Positions 38,495-47,917 of a stretch of 62,256 nt of DNA are shown here, one piece after another. Below the pieces are notes generated by a model. The model searched no databases. It saw only the letters and a program-made list of their open reading frames with translations, and was not told where the DNA came from. Within the stretch, counting starts at the first letter, position 1; each line of letters starts with the position of its first letter. Source of the stretch: a virus (lineage: Duplodnaviria; Caudoviricetes); IMG/VR virus record IMGVR_UViG_3300035701_000029, positions 1 to 62,256 of that record. One strand, 5' to 3'. The position numbers and the translations under genes were made by a program.

Positions 38495-39176
38495 CGCCTT
38501 CTTCCTTTGAGTGATTATTTGGATCGTAGCTAATTTCTCCTATCATATGCCTCAGGGCATAAAGTGGCTCTAAATACTCCGACTTACCAGAAGATGCGAT
38601 TTTATCTGAGATAGCTAAGTCCACAAGAAGGCTAGCCAAATGATTGTACTTATCTACAAACTTCCTTACTGTATCATTACGCCAATTAGGCTGTCTTTGA
38701 TAATCTAGTGGGTGAGAATGAAACTGAACTAGCCTACAGATATCCCCAGAGTTTTTAATTTTCATCCTCTTTAAAATACCCTTAGATAGTTTAGCTCCTG
38801 TAAACTCATGGTTTCTGAAATTTAGAGTTCCATCAGAGTTGACCTTGTAGTATATCTTCCCAATATCATGCAAAAGAGCAGCCCACTTTAAAACCGGATT
38901 ATCTGGCACATTTTGAACTACTAAAACGCTATGGTGTAGAGCGTTTCTAGAGTTTTGCTTGTGTTGTGGGACTTTTTTTAAATCCGCTAGCTCTGGTATA
39001 ATTGCATCAAAAAAACCACAGTTATCTAAATTAAATAATAGCTCTTTGCAATTGGGGGCAAGAAGAATTTCTTGCAACTTGCCCCCAATTGTTTCTAATT
39101 CATCTCTAGTGTATTTAGACCAATGGTCTCTACGCTTGAGGTCTAAAAATGTAAGGCTACTGAGGCTTTTCGACAT
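38475..39176 (-). CDS. HD-domain protein resembling the C-terminal half of CCA-adding enzyme / poly(A) polymerase
   Basis: 'IIPELADLKKVPQ...HHSVLV...WAALLHDIGK...FRNHEFTGA'. No N-terminal nucleotidyltransferase motif. Confidence 0.75.
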   Translation of the reverse strand: MSKSLSSLTFLDLKRRDHWSKYTRDELETIGGKLQEILLAPNCKELLFNLDNCGFFDAIIPELADLKKVPQHKQNSRNALHHSVLVVQNVPDNPVLKWAALLHDIGKIYYKVNSDGTLNFRNHEFTGAKLSKGILKRMKIKNSGDICRLVQFHSHPLDYQRQPNWRNDTVRKFVDKYNHLASLLVDLAISDKIASSGKSEYLEPLYALRHMIGEISYDPNNHSKEEGDDQITI

Positions 39177-39399
39177 TTTTCTTTTCTTGCCAAACTTCAG
39201 TACCTTTATATGCCACCTTAGCCCCAGCGTATATACCAAAACACCACTTCAAAAGGTCTACATAATTTTCTTGACTAAGAAACCCTAAAAATAGGGCACA
39301 ATGAAGGCCAACCAATATTAACCCAAATACAATAGTGGTTCTTAGTCCTTGTAGATTTTCAAACTTCAATAATTCTAGAACTTGTGCCAACAAAATCAC
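39157..39399 (-). CDS. Small two-TM membrane protein (holin-like)
   Basis: 80 aa, two hydrophobic segments and a basic C-terminus. Confidence 0.5.
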   Translation of the reverse strand: MILLAQVLELLKFENLQGLRTTIVFGLILVGLHCALFLGFLSQENYVDLLKWCFGIYAGAKVAYKGTEVWQEKKNVEKPQ

Positions 39400-39404
39400 A
39401 CCCC

Positions 39405-39791
39405 TTAGTTTTCGAGTCTCCAGGTATCTCCAACATGACTATTTAAAGACTGTACTGCCATTGAAAGCAAAAGCTTAACAACATATTGATCCGCCCACTC
39501 TGCGTACCAAGGCATTTCAATAACATCGTCTAAAAACTTTACCGCCAGATCAAGCTTATTTTTGCCATCAGGCTCATCTACTCCCTCAAGAGTAGAAAAG
39601 TCAATAGCCGCTTTTTCTACGATAGTTACAACGTGGTCTAAAAAAGCTGCAATCAAATGAGCTTTCTTAAACATGGTTTTTTCATTAATCCCGCCAAAAG
39701 CTTCTTTTGCTTCCGCCTTTAGGGTTTCAATATCCGTATAGGACGAGAGCCAAGACTGAAGATACTTATAATCGAACTTTACTGTAGGCAT
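39405..39791 (-). CDS. Hypothetical protein
   Basis: 128 aa with GGAGG SD. Confidence 0.6.
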   Translation of the reverse strand: MPTVKFDYKYLQSWLSSYTDIETLKAEAKEAFGGINEKTMFKKAHLIAAFLDHVVTIVEKAAIDFSTLEGVDEPDGKNKLDLAVKFLDDVIEMPWYAEWADQYVVKLLLSMAVQSLNSHVGDTWRLEN

Positions 39792-39799
39792 AAATCCTC

Positions 39800-40282
39800 C
39801 TAGCCATTAAGTCTGCTGATTTCTTCTTTATCCCACGATAAAACAGAGCGACCAAGGTCAATCGAGCTATTCAATTCACGTACCTTGTCTTTCCCTCTGT
39901 CTGCCACATATTTATACGATAAATACTTCTGTTCTTCGAGGTAAGGAGTAGTAGGATCACTATCTCCAGGAATCTTTACTTGAGTGTTTCTAGACAGCGC
40001 TTCTTTGCGAATAGAAGTAAACTTTCTATCTCCGGCATATGTGGACTCTACTACTTCTAGAGCGTGATCGCAAGCGAACTCCCATCTAGACTTAGCCATA
40101 TCTGCCCTGTAGGAAGCTATAGTGGCCATCTCTACAATTCGCCCCATTTCGTTTTCAAACTCTAACAGTTTATTCCTAATAGCCCCACCGTGTTCTTTAG
40201 GGTCTATAAAAAATGTCACTTCATCAAAAGGGGTCCTAAAGGGTGGCTTAAGGATATCACTTACTTTCATTTTCCCATCCAC
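39800..40282 (-). CDS. Helical protein, possibly UvsY-like recombination mediator
   Basis: 160 aa coiled-coil pattern in the DNA metabolism block; weak resemblance only. Confidence 0.35.
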   Translation of the reverse strand: MDGKMKVSDILKPPFRTPFDEVTFFIDPKEHGGAIRNKLLEFENEMGRIVEMATIASYRADMAKSRWEFACDHALEVVESTYAGDRKFTSIRKEALSRNTQVKIPGDSDPTTPYLEEQKYLSYKYVADRGKDKVRELNSSIDLGRSVLSWDKEEISRLNG

Positions 40283-40361
40283 AAATGCTACACCAGTCTA
40301 CTGGGTCCTCTCCTATGCAAATAAGCTCACTTCCGCACCTAGGGCATGCCAGATAGCACAA
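40257..40361 (-). CDS. Small Zn-ribbon peptide (34 aa; not in ORF track)
   Basis: TTG start; MCYLACPRCGSELICIGEDPVDWCSICGWENESK. Confidence 0.5.
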   Translation of the reverse strand: MCYLACPRCGSELICIGEDPVDWCSICGWENESK

Positions 40362-40461
40362 TATCGTCTTCCTTCATAATAAGCTCAAAGCACATCCGAT
40401 TTAGTTCTTTAAGGAGGGCTAACTCCTTGTCGTTTAGCGTAAGTTCTAGGCTACTTGGCAT
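40339..40461 (-). CDS. Small hypothetical protein (40 aa; not in ORF track)
   Basis: MPSSLELTLNDKELALLKELNRMCFELIMKEDDIVLSGMP; overlaps the RNR stop and fills the gap. Confidence 0.4.
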   Translation of the reverse strand: MPSSLELTLNDKELALLKELNRMCFELIMKEDDIVLSGMP

Positions 40462-42398
40462 TTATCCCCCTCGCAAAATTCTTTCGCCCCGTCTAAGTAA
40501 CTCTCTTTGTTGTTAACTCTGATTTCCTTCAATTTTGCAGATCGAGACTTATATTCCGCCTCAGATATAGGAACATACGGAGCCATATCATATCCATGTT
40601 CTTCATAGGGCAAAAAAGATATCCCCTTTAGGCGGCTCTCATATAGAGATAGGGCCTTAGCGATATCCGGAGCTTCATTTGAACGGAATTTGACAGTACA
40701 ACTCACTTGATTGTCTGCCCAATAATGCTGCATCTGTGCTGCAAGCTCTAGCTGCTCCCACATAGAGACTTGAGCTACAGAACGGGTGAAGTTTCGTTCT
40801 CTAACGGGAAAAGCGATCACAGAAGAAGTCTTAGAGTATGTGTCCTGATGTGTGACTTCATAGCCAGCTTCTTTAAGAATTTTTATAAGCGGAGAATCGG
40901 CGTCAATTCTCATATGCCTAATATAGTACTCAGATTCGGGGTAATGCACACCTGGAGGAACTCCAGGCAATAGAGATACAGTCCCAGATGGCTTTACAGA
41001 CGTTACTTTAATGCTTTGGGGGATACATAGCCATCTAGAATATACCTTGTCTAGCTGTCGGATATATTTATAGCCCTCTTCGCACCAACGCAAATGTTCT
41101 CTAATGCCACGCATAGCAATAGCTTCTGCTATTCCACTCTGAGAAGTCCCAATTCGCCTATTGCGAAGCATAACCGCATTGCTTCTAGGGTTATGTGTTG
41201 GAACAAGAGTAACTGTCTTGGCATATAAATAGGCATATTTGAGGACTCTCATGTATTCATCCAAATCTTTGCATCTAGATGGATATGTCTCAACTAAACA
41301 ACAAAGTTCAAAAGACTCTAGGCTTTGTTCAATGCAGGGGTTTGCCCCTTCAACAAGCGCGTCTATGCCCTCTTGAAATCCGTCTACCATCCTCCCATAG
41401 TTGCGCATGTTGTGGAGCCAAATAAACCCTGGTTCTCCATTCTTAGCAATTTGCTCGCCAAGTTTATTGTAATCCATTCCAATTTCTGCCAACACACTAT
41501 TATTGCTAGTCCATCTATGATCGTTGAGTTCTGCTAAGTATTTAGTTGGATCTTTTAAAGAAGTAAAACCTTCATCATTGGGGTCTCCAAACATTACCTC
41601 AGCAGTTCTGCGAACATTGCCAGAAATAACACATTTGCCGATAACATTAAATATATCTACTATGGCAGCCGAGGAAATTTTTTCCCCTTCAACCGGTGTG
41701 AGGATTGTTGAGATGTCCGCAACCAGGGTTTCAAGCGGTTTATAGCCTGACGCCGTTCCACCCAACCCCTTAATCCTGGAACCTTTTTTCCTAATTTTTG
41801 TATAATCAATCTCCCGTGGGAAAGAACTCTTTCCAACGTAGGAGTTAAGAATTGTCTCAATTAAATCGACCCAGCCCTCTCGCGTATCTGCAACTACATA
41901 AACAAAGTCGCCAATTTTTGGCTTTCTAATCGTTACTAAACCAGATCCTCTAGCGTCTCCTCCTACTCCTACTCCTAACATAGACATATCCATAAGAAAA
42001 GAAAATGGAGAGGTAAAATCTGTGCTAAGTTCCTTAGTAGAAACAAATGCACAGTTGTTAAGAGGGGCACCACCTTTTTCATCTATAATCGAAGCCCCCA
42101 TGTTTTGTAATCCGCGTCCAGGAGGAGACCATTTGAACTCCCAAGCTAAACGATACATTTCTTGGGCAGAGTTTTGTGCCTTGTATGAATTCCATGGAAC
42201 TTTAAGAAGCTCGCAATGGCGTCTTTGTATTGTATAGACCCCTTCAACTACTCGCCTTAGTGTTTCCCAAAACTCTTCGTGACCACCCTCTTCTTTTTCT
42301 CTAGCATATTTGGTTAAAAATGTAATATAGCCTATTGGTCCCCATTCTGGTTGTTTACCACGAAATTTGGCAATAAAATCCTCTTTAAGCTGAAACAT
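40446..42398 (-). CDS. nrdJ: Class II (adenosylcobalamin-dependent) monomeric ribonucleotide reductase
   Basis: 'PPGRGL', 'NNCAFVST', 'GNVRRTAE', 'NPCIEQSLESFELCCLVE', 'TSVKPSGTVS', C-terminal 'FCEGDKC'. Confidence 0.95.
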   Translation of the reverse strand: MFQLKEDFIAKFRGKQPEWGPIGYITFLTKYAREKEEGGHEEFWETLRRVVEGVYTIQRRHCELLKVPWNSYKAQNSAQEMYRLAWEFKWSPPGRGLQNMGASIIDEKGGAPLNNCAFVSTKELSTDFTSPFSFLMDMSMLGVGVGGDARGSGLVTIRKPKIGDFVYVVADTREGWVDLIETILNSYVGKSSFPREIDYTKIRKKGSRIKGLGGTASGYKPLETLVADISTILTPVEGEKISSAAIVDIFNVIGKCVISGNVRRTAEVMFGDPNDEGFTSLKDPTKYLAELNDHRWTSNNSVLAEIGMDYNKLGEQIAKNGEPGFIWLHNMRNYGRMVDGFQEGIDALVEGANPCIEQSLESFELCCLVETYPSRCKDLDEYMRVLKYAYLYAKTVTLVPTHNPRSNAVMLRNRRIGTSQSGIAEAIAMRGIREHLRWCEEGYKYIRQLDKVYSRWLCIPQSIKVTSVKPSGTVSLLPGVPPGVHYPESEYYIRHMRIDADSPLIKILKEAGYEVTHQDTYSKTSSVIAFPVRERNFTRSVAQVSMWEQLELAAQMQHYWADNQVSCTVKFRSNEAPDIAKALSLYESRLKGISFLPYEEHGYDMAPYVPISEAEYKSRSAKLKEIRVNNKESYLDGAKEFCEGDKCQVA

Positions 42399-42418
42399 TA
42401 AACCACCCCTTTATATAT

Positions 42419-43027
42419 CTATATACGATTTTGAAAATAGCAGGACCAGTCCGCTGTTTCTAAAACAACGTAGCCCCTTTTAAATACTGGAAGGAAAACT
42501 ACTGTAGTATCTAGGAACATAAAAGAAGACCAAGTATTAAACCCATAGCCCCCCACAAAAACATATCTAAAAGACCTAGAATTAAGAAGGGCAAATAAAT
42601 CATCGTGAAAATCTAAACTACCGCTTTTTGCTAACTTACCAGGAACATTATGAAGTAGTAAAATATCCGCATCTTTAGGAGTATTAAACAAGTCATACTT
42701 CCTCATGTGTTTAATCGGTACTGATGCGCTTTCATAAAAATTAGGACTATATGTACCGGATACTCCAGCAACCTTTATCCTGTAGTCTAAGAGAATTTCT
42801 TTATTAACAAAACGCCAAGGCATTGCATCATCTTCAATGATTCTCTTCACCATGCCAAAATCTTCGTGTTTGCCCGCTATAAAATAAGTATCTACAGGAG
42901 GAACAAAACTCCTTTCTGTAATGCCAGTATTTCCAGCTATAAGGATAGAATCAGCATCAACAAAAGAAGCATCCTTAGCAAGGGCACGAAAATCTCCGAA
43001 TACTCCGGCGGTTACCAATAGTTTCAT
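42419..43027 (-). CDS. Metallophosphoesterase-like protein (divergent)
   Basis: 'ILIAGN', 'FIAGKHED', 'DILLLH' calcineurin-like pattern. Confidence 0.6.
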   Translation of the reverse strand: MKLLVTAGVFGDFRALAKDASFVDADSILIAGNTGITERSFVPPVDTYFIAGKHEDFGMVKRIIEDDAMPWRFVNKEILLDYRIKVAGVSGTYSPNFYESASVPIKHMRKYDLFNTPKDADILLLHNVPGKLAKSGSLDFHDDLFALLNSRSFRYVFVGGYGFNTWSSFMFLDTTVVFLPVFKRGYVVLETADWSCYFQNRI

Positions 43028-43028
43028 A

Positions 43029-43997
43029 TTAAGACATCTTTATTTTTGGGGTCATTAGTTCTTCAATACGAGGAATGACTTTATTGAAATCATAAGTATC
43101 AATAATGAACTGGCGGTTTGCCGCCTGTACTTTCCTCTTCTCTTCTAGACCGAGCGATTCAAACTCTTCAATAAGATTGACGCACTCTTGTACGGTATTC
43201 CAGGTATGAATATTGGGGTATGCCAAATCTGAGCCTAACCAATTTCTAACCAATGGGATAGCCCCGGTCAGCATAGACTCAGCAATCCCGTAATTGAATG
43301 ACTCAAATAGGGATGTGTTAAGCGAGTATTTCTTGTCTTTCAGCCACAAATTTACCTCTTTTTGATGGCCGTCAAAAACAATGTTGGGCGGAGAAACAGT
43401 CTCCATATATCTATCAAACATAACCTTGTATCTAAGGTCTTGATGTTCTCCGGCAGAGAATAACCGATGGGGTAGTTTCCTTTCCAACACTTTCTCCATA
43501 ATGGGGAAAATTAAGCTAGAGTCCTTCTTGTAATTAATATGCCCCAAGTATGCAATCTTATCTCTCTTTTCTAAAATATCGGCTAAGTCATAATCTTCTG
43601 TTTTAACTAGGTTTGGAATAATATGGGTCTCACAAGAATTTTGAATCTTATCCCAAAACCCCATAGTCCTTAAAATATCTTTAACCGATTCGTTGACTAA
43701 AATAAGATGGTCAACCTTACTCCAATCAGGCTGTCCGGGCATATCGGTAAATGCCTCATAGCTATGTAAGCGACAAATGACCTTGGCATGCCTAGTGGGG
43801 AAGTTAGCCAAAGCATACAACATCAGTTCGTTACACCATTCAAACCAAAGAATATCAGAAGTTTGAACACATTGAGCAAACTTAGCTTCATCCCCTCTGA
43901 TAAAGACATTGACGGACCCTTCACCGTGAATATCAGCAAAATGTTTTGCTATATCCGGAATGAAAGAGGGAGGATTGGCAAAAAACGTAATTTTCAT
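43029..43997 (-). CDS. Glycosyltransferase (GT-B, GT4-like)
   Basis: 'NTSLFESFNYGIAESMLTG' ExxxxxxxE motif. Confidence 0.85.
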   Translation of the reverse strand: MKITFFANPPSFIPDIAKHFADIHGEGSVNVFIRGDEAKFAQCVQTSDILWFEWCNELMLYALANFPTRHAKVICRLHSYEAFTDMPGQPDWSKVDHLILVNESVKDILRTMGFWDKIQNSCETHIIPNLVKTEDYDLADILEKRDKIAYLGHINYKKDSSLIFPIMEKVLERKLPHRLFSAGEHQDLRYKVMFDRYMETVSPPNIVFDGHQKEVNLWLKDKKYSLNTSLFESFNYGIAESMLTGAIPLVRNWLGSDLAYPNIHTWNTVQECVNLIEEFESLGLEEKRKVQAANRQFIIDTYDFNKVIPRIEELMTPKIKMS

Positions 43998-44833
43998 GAC
44001 TCTTTCCTTTCGTATTTTTGTATTGCATAAGCAGGACGTATAATATTCTTGTTTTCAGAAAACACTTCTAAAATTGCTGGAATTATTTCTTCTTCCATAT
44101 AAGAATAGCCCAAAGCTCTGGTGGGAATAAACTGATGTGCGCAAGCTATGACTACAAACCGAGGGTGATAGAATGTAATTTGGTCTTTAATATAGTTTAG
44201 AGTAAGATACCTCGTGCTTGTTAAAACTAAGCAATCTGGGTCCTTTCTTACTATATTTAATCCATTCATTTCGAAGTTATCTGTGATTAGGTTTTGATAA
44301 TCTTCAGAAATAGCAATTCTCTTGTTCCCAGCAGAAAGCTTCCTAATCATATTAATAACCTTTTTGTAATACTCACTTTCCCCAAATCTTAATAGGTCTT
44401 TACTAGGATCTACTTCTCCGCACATAGCTTCATAATATTCCACAGCAACTTCTTTAGAATAGCGAATGAATGGCTCATAGTTATGGATGTAGTTTAAATA
44501 GGGATGGTCAGATTGTTTAAACGTATAGCTATTTACTTCTGCGGGTTCAAATTTAGGTATGTTCCAAATAAGCCTAGGACTGAATAGGTCGTATGCAGCC
44601 CTAGCTAAATGAGCTTCAGAGTCTCCGAAGTCGAATCCATGTAGGAAAGTGAATTCGTCATTTTCGTATTCGCCCTTCTTGTCTTGCAATAGCTTACTAA
44701 GACTGTCTCTCGCAACGTCTAGCGTACTACTCTTGACTTGAAACGCTTTAATTGATCTGTTGAAGGGAGACAAAAAAAATGTCTTAACTGCTTCTTCCCC
44801 ATCGGTATCTAAAGAAGTTATAATCACTTCCAT
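43994..44833 (-). CDS. Hypothetical protein in the glycosylation cluster
   Basis: 279 aa, translationally coupled to neighbours. Confidence 0.6.
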   Translation of the reverse strand: MEVIITSLDTDGEEAVKTFFLSPFNRSIKAFQVKSSTLDVARDSLSKLLQDKKGEYENDEFTFLHGFDFGDSEAHLARAAYDLFSPRLIWNIPKFEPAEVNSYTFKQSDHPYLNYIHNYEPFIRYSKEVAVEYYEAMCGEVDPSKDLLRFGESEYYKKVINMIRKLSAGNKRIAISEDYQNLITDNFEMNGLNIVRKDPDCLVLTSTRYLTLNYIKDQITFYHPRFVVIACAHQFIPTRALGYSYMEEEIIPAILEVFSENKNIIRPAYAIQKYERKES

Positions 44834-45258
44834 TCCTTTCCACTATGCTTTAAGATCGAAGTAAAAATTGATTCCCAAGATGCCTCAGAGGCATCTTCAA
44901 GAAAAGAAAATGCTCGATCATCAACAAAGTATTTACATGGTGGTTTGGCATAGCCAAGATAAATTTCGTCAAACGGAAAATCATAGTCCTCTAGCCACTT
45001 AAGCATGGTGTGCATTAAAGTTCCATGCTTAAGATTAAATTCATTTTTAGTATAGGTATCTACTCTGCTAGTCCAAATAACTATATAATATCCCAGTTCT
45101 CTTAGATTAGACAGAACTCCCTCTGCTCCAGGCAATGGGGGGCCAATAATTCTTAGGTCGGTAGCAATAGGGGCACAGCAACCATCAAAATCAACTGCAA
45201 TCCTTCTATTAAACCCTCTTCCACAAACCAAAGATTTGTTTTTAGTATATAGCTTCAA
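44824..45258 (-). CDS. HAD-superfamily phosphatase
   Basis: 'IAVDFDG', 'IWTSR', 'KPPCKYFVDDR'. Likely TTG start at 45258 after GGAGG. Confidence 0.8.
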   Translation of the reverse strand: MKLYTKNKSLVCGRGFNRRIAVDFDGCCAPIATDLRIIGPPLPGAEGVLSNLRELGYYIVIWTSRVDTYTKNEFNLKHGTLMHTMLKWLEDYDFPFDEIYLGYAKPPCKYFVDDRAFSFLEDASEASWESIFTSILKHSGKEWK

Positions 45259-45877
45259 AATCAATCCTCCACTGAATATCATTGACGTTTGTTCTATCTG
45301 TATACGCCAATAAAACAGCATACTTTGCCCCACGAGGAGAGGGATGGTCACCGAAATCTATTTTATAGTAAGGATTTATCTTTTTTAGGTTTTCTATAAT
45401 TGTTTCTAAGCTAATGTCTTGCCAACACTTACCCTTAGCTTTCCATTCCGGGTTAGGAGCAACTCCAGCTTGGTTAATGTCGTCAATAAGAATGCTATGA
45501 GTTTTAATGGGATGGTTTCTAATCGCGGCTAGCTCTTCAATAATAGGAACTTCAACTCTACCCACAGTATACCCAGGTTCCCAGTGACCATCTAGCCAAA
45601 AAGTAATAGGTTTTTCAATTTTCTCAATTATCGACCATAAAACATCTGCACTATCCCCTAAATGCAAATGGACATTCTTATTTTCTTTATACCTCTCTTT
45701 AGCCATATCATAAAAATAAGAGTCTATTTCTATACTATGTATTTCCTTAAAGCCGCACTGCAAAGCCGTTAGTATCCCCTGCCCCTTAAAAGTGCCGGTT
45801 TCGATAAAGACATCATTACGGAATTGTAATAACAAATCCCATCTTAATGTGGTGTTTTCAAAAAATAAACTGGACAT
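45242..45877 (-). CDS. SAM-dependent methyltransferase-like protein
   Basis: 'FIETGTFKGQG', 'SIEID', 'GDSADVL', 'FWLDGH', 'ILIDD'. Confidence 0.75.
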   Translation of the reverse strand: MSSLFFENTTLRWDLLLQFRNDVFIETGTFKGQGILTALQCGFKEIHSIEIDSYFYDMAKERYKENKNVHLHLGDSADVLWSIIEKIEKPITFWLDGHWEPGYTVGRVEVPIIEELAAIRNHPIKTHSILIDDINQAGVAPNPEWKAKGKCWQDISLETIIENLKKINPYYKIDFGDHPSPRGAKYAVLLAYTDRTNVNDIQWRIDFEAIY

Positions 45878-46905
45878 TAAGAAGCCCCTTTCATTTTTAA
45901 GCACTCTTGGAATAAGGCTTCATATTGTTTACTAACAGCCTCTGGACTGTACAAGGCTTTAACCTTGTTTATTGCACCACGAGAAAAAATCTCGTATTCT
46001 TTTGGGTTGTTTATTAGAAAATGAACGGCACTTGCCAAATGAAACAATTCTTTTCTACAAATAATCCCTGCCCCTTGCGCTGCTTCTGGTCCAGCGCTAT
46101 CTTGCCATGTTATTATGGGAATACCTTGAGACATGGCTTCTACAATACAATATTCAAATCCCGCTTCCCATGTTGGGTTAATGCATATATCGAGTCTGTT
46201 AAGCGCGGCAAGTTTATCTTTTTGTTCTCCCTCTACAACAAAATAATTTGGTATTTCAACCTTTTTCATCTCTTCATAATATTGTCGGTTAAATTCATGC
46301 CCCATTAGTAAAAACTTAAGAAAATGCCGATATTCTGCCATAATTTTGGCTACCCCATATATAACATGGTGGAGCTTATCAATTTCATACCTAGCAAGCC
46401 TTCCTACAACAATCTGTCTGTGTTCTTCACTAGGGAATTGCCTTGGCTCTGCTATCGGCAATGTGCATATATTAGGGATAACTAAAACCTTCCTATCCTT
46501 ACTCTTGCTAGCGGTGTATTCACTTTGCCCAACCGTAAAAGCACACATATCTTTGGGAATATGAGAAGGTCTCGGGCAATGAAGATTTTCTATGACGGGA
46601 ATCTTTTTGACATAGGCTTCCGTTACCCAATTGGGATTATCTCCACCCCCCGTCTGCTTCACAATTATGTCGATTTTATGATAATTCAGAAGCGCGCTAA
46701 AACCTGGATAATTTTCATTCTCGGCTATAATGCTGTCGCAACCAGCAGCTTCAAATTCTTTTTTAATGTCGGTATCTAACCAACAGTACCCAATAGCATA
46801 ATGCTTATACTGTGGAGTAGTAGCCTTAACTAGTTCTAGGGTGGCTTGAGCTATGCCTCCAAGAGCCCACCCATTAATGACATGTAATATCCTTGGCCTA
46901 AACAA
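45877..46905 (-). CDS. Glycosyltransferase (GT4-like)
   Basis: 'ILHVINGWALGGI', 'VGRLAR', 'EAGFEYCIVEAMSQGIPII'. Likely TTG start at 46905. Confidence 0.9.
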   Translation of the reverse strand: MFRPRILHVINGWALGGIAQATLELVKATTPQYKHYAIGYCWLDTDIKKEFEAAGCDSIIAENENYPGFSALLNYHKIDIIVKQTGGGDNPNWVTEAYVKKIPVIENLHCPRPSHIPKDMCAFTVGQSEYTASKSKDRKVLVIPNICTLPIAEPRQFPSEEHRQIVVGRLARYEIDKLHHVIYGVAKIMAEYRHFLKFLLMGHEFNRQYYEEMKKVEIPNYFVVEGEQKDKLAALNRLDICINPTWEAGFEYCIVEAMSQGIPIITWQDSAGPEAAQGAGIICRKELFHLASAVHFLINNPKEYEIFSRGAINKVKALYSPEAVSKQYEALFQECLKMKGAS

Positions 46906-47917
46906 TGTTTTCCCTCCGTAAGAACTCATACAGTTCAAGCGCCCATCTTTCATTGCTCCTATACTTAGCACAAAAGTCCCGAGAACCTTCAGTATATATA
47001 TTAATAAATTGCGGCAATTCGAATATCATTTCAATCTTGCGGCTGAGATCATATACATTAAAAGGTTCTGCATATATGCCAAAATCTCCATATATGCGTC
47101 TAGCTTCTGGCCAATCTGCTGCTATGACCGGTTTTCCAATTGATATCCCCTCAAGACCACATTGAGATACAATCCTAGGGTTATCGGGGAAAGTAATAAT
47201 TGCAGAAGACTCATGGTAGTGCTTATATTTATCCATTTCTGAACAATTTGGTATTTGTTCGTAGGGGACCTTAAGAAATGAAGCAAGCGAACTCAAATCT
47301 GGTCCAACTCCCAAAACTAGAAGCTTAATTGAGGTGTCGGCCATTGAAATGGCCTCTAAGATCATATGCACCCCTTTATCTGGACGAACTATCCCCGAAT
47401 AACAAAGCTGTTTCTTAATTTGGAAATCTCTTGGGTTAAGATTGAGTGTGTTAACAGGGTGAAACAACGGACATGTAGGAATTGACAACCCCTGAAGCTC
47501 GTCTATATCAATTTTCTTCCATGAAGTCAAGAAATCTAAATAAGATAGTACTCCCCCATATTGCGACCACATTTTTTGAATATGTGGTAAGTAGTTTCTT
47601 GTTTTAGGGATAAAAGTATGGGAAGGTAAATCTAAGATGTTGCATCCAACTTTTTTTCCAGTGTGATCTTTGAGATGCAACAAAAGCGGAATTGCAGAAA
47701 TATCAAATCCAAAGAAAATATCATATTTTGAGATATCGGCTGTATCCGATGTTATAATATTCACTTTCGGTAGATCAATCTCAAACGGTATAGTTGGATT
47801 CCCCTCAAATAGGTAGGCTACATCTATGTCGAAGTATTCTTCTAGAGCCTTTGCTACTGGATAGACCTGCCCTGGAAAAGCAGCAAAAAACAAGCACATT
47901 TTTAACCGTTCGGCCAT
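46898..47917 (-). CDS. Glycosyltransferase (GT4-like)
   Basis: 'YSGIVRPDKGVH', 'GLEGISIGKPVIAAD'. Confidence 0.85.
   Translation of the reverse strand: MAERLKMCLFFAAFPGQVYPVAKALEEYFDIDVAYLFEGNPTIPFEIDLPKVNIITSDTADISKYDIFFGFDISAIPLLLHLKDHTGKKVGCNILDLPSHTFIPKTRNYLPHIQKMWSQYGGVLSYLDFLTSWKKIDIDELQGLSIPTCPLFHPVNTLNLNPRDFQIKKQLCYSGIVRPDKGVHMILEAISMADTSIKLLVLGVGPDLSSLASFLKVPYEQIPNCSEMDKYKHYHESSAIITFPDNPRIVSQCGLEGISIGKPVIAADWPEARRIYGDFGIYAEPFNVYDLSRKIEMIFELPQFINIYTEGSRDFCAKYRSNERWALELYEFLRRENIV

Noticed and set aside
33518-42398. Inteins or group I introns in TerL or NrdJ
   Set aside because: Both have ordinary lengths with contiguous motifs and no intein-like termini seen.
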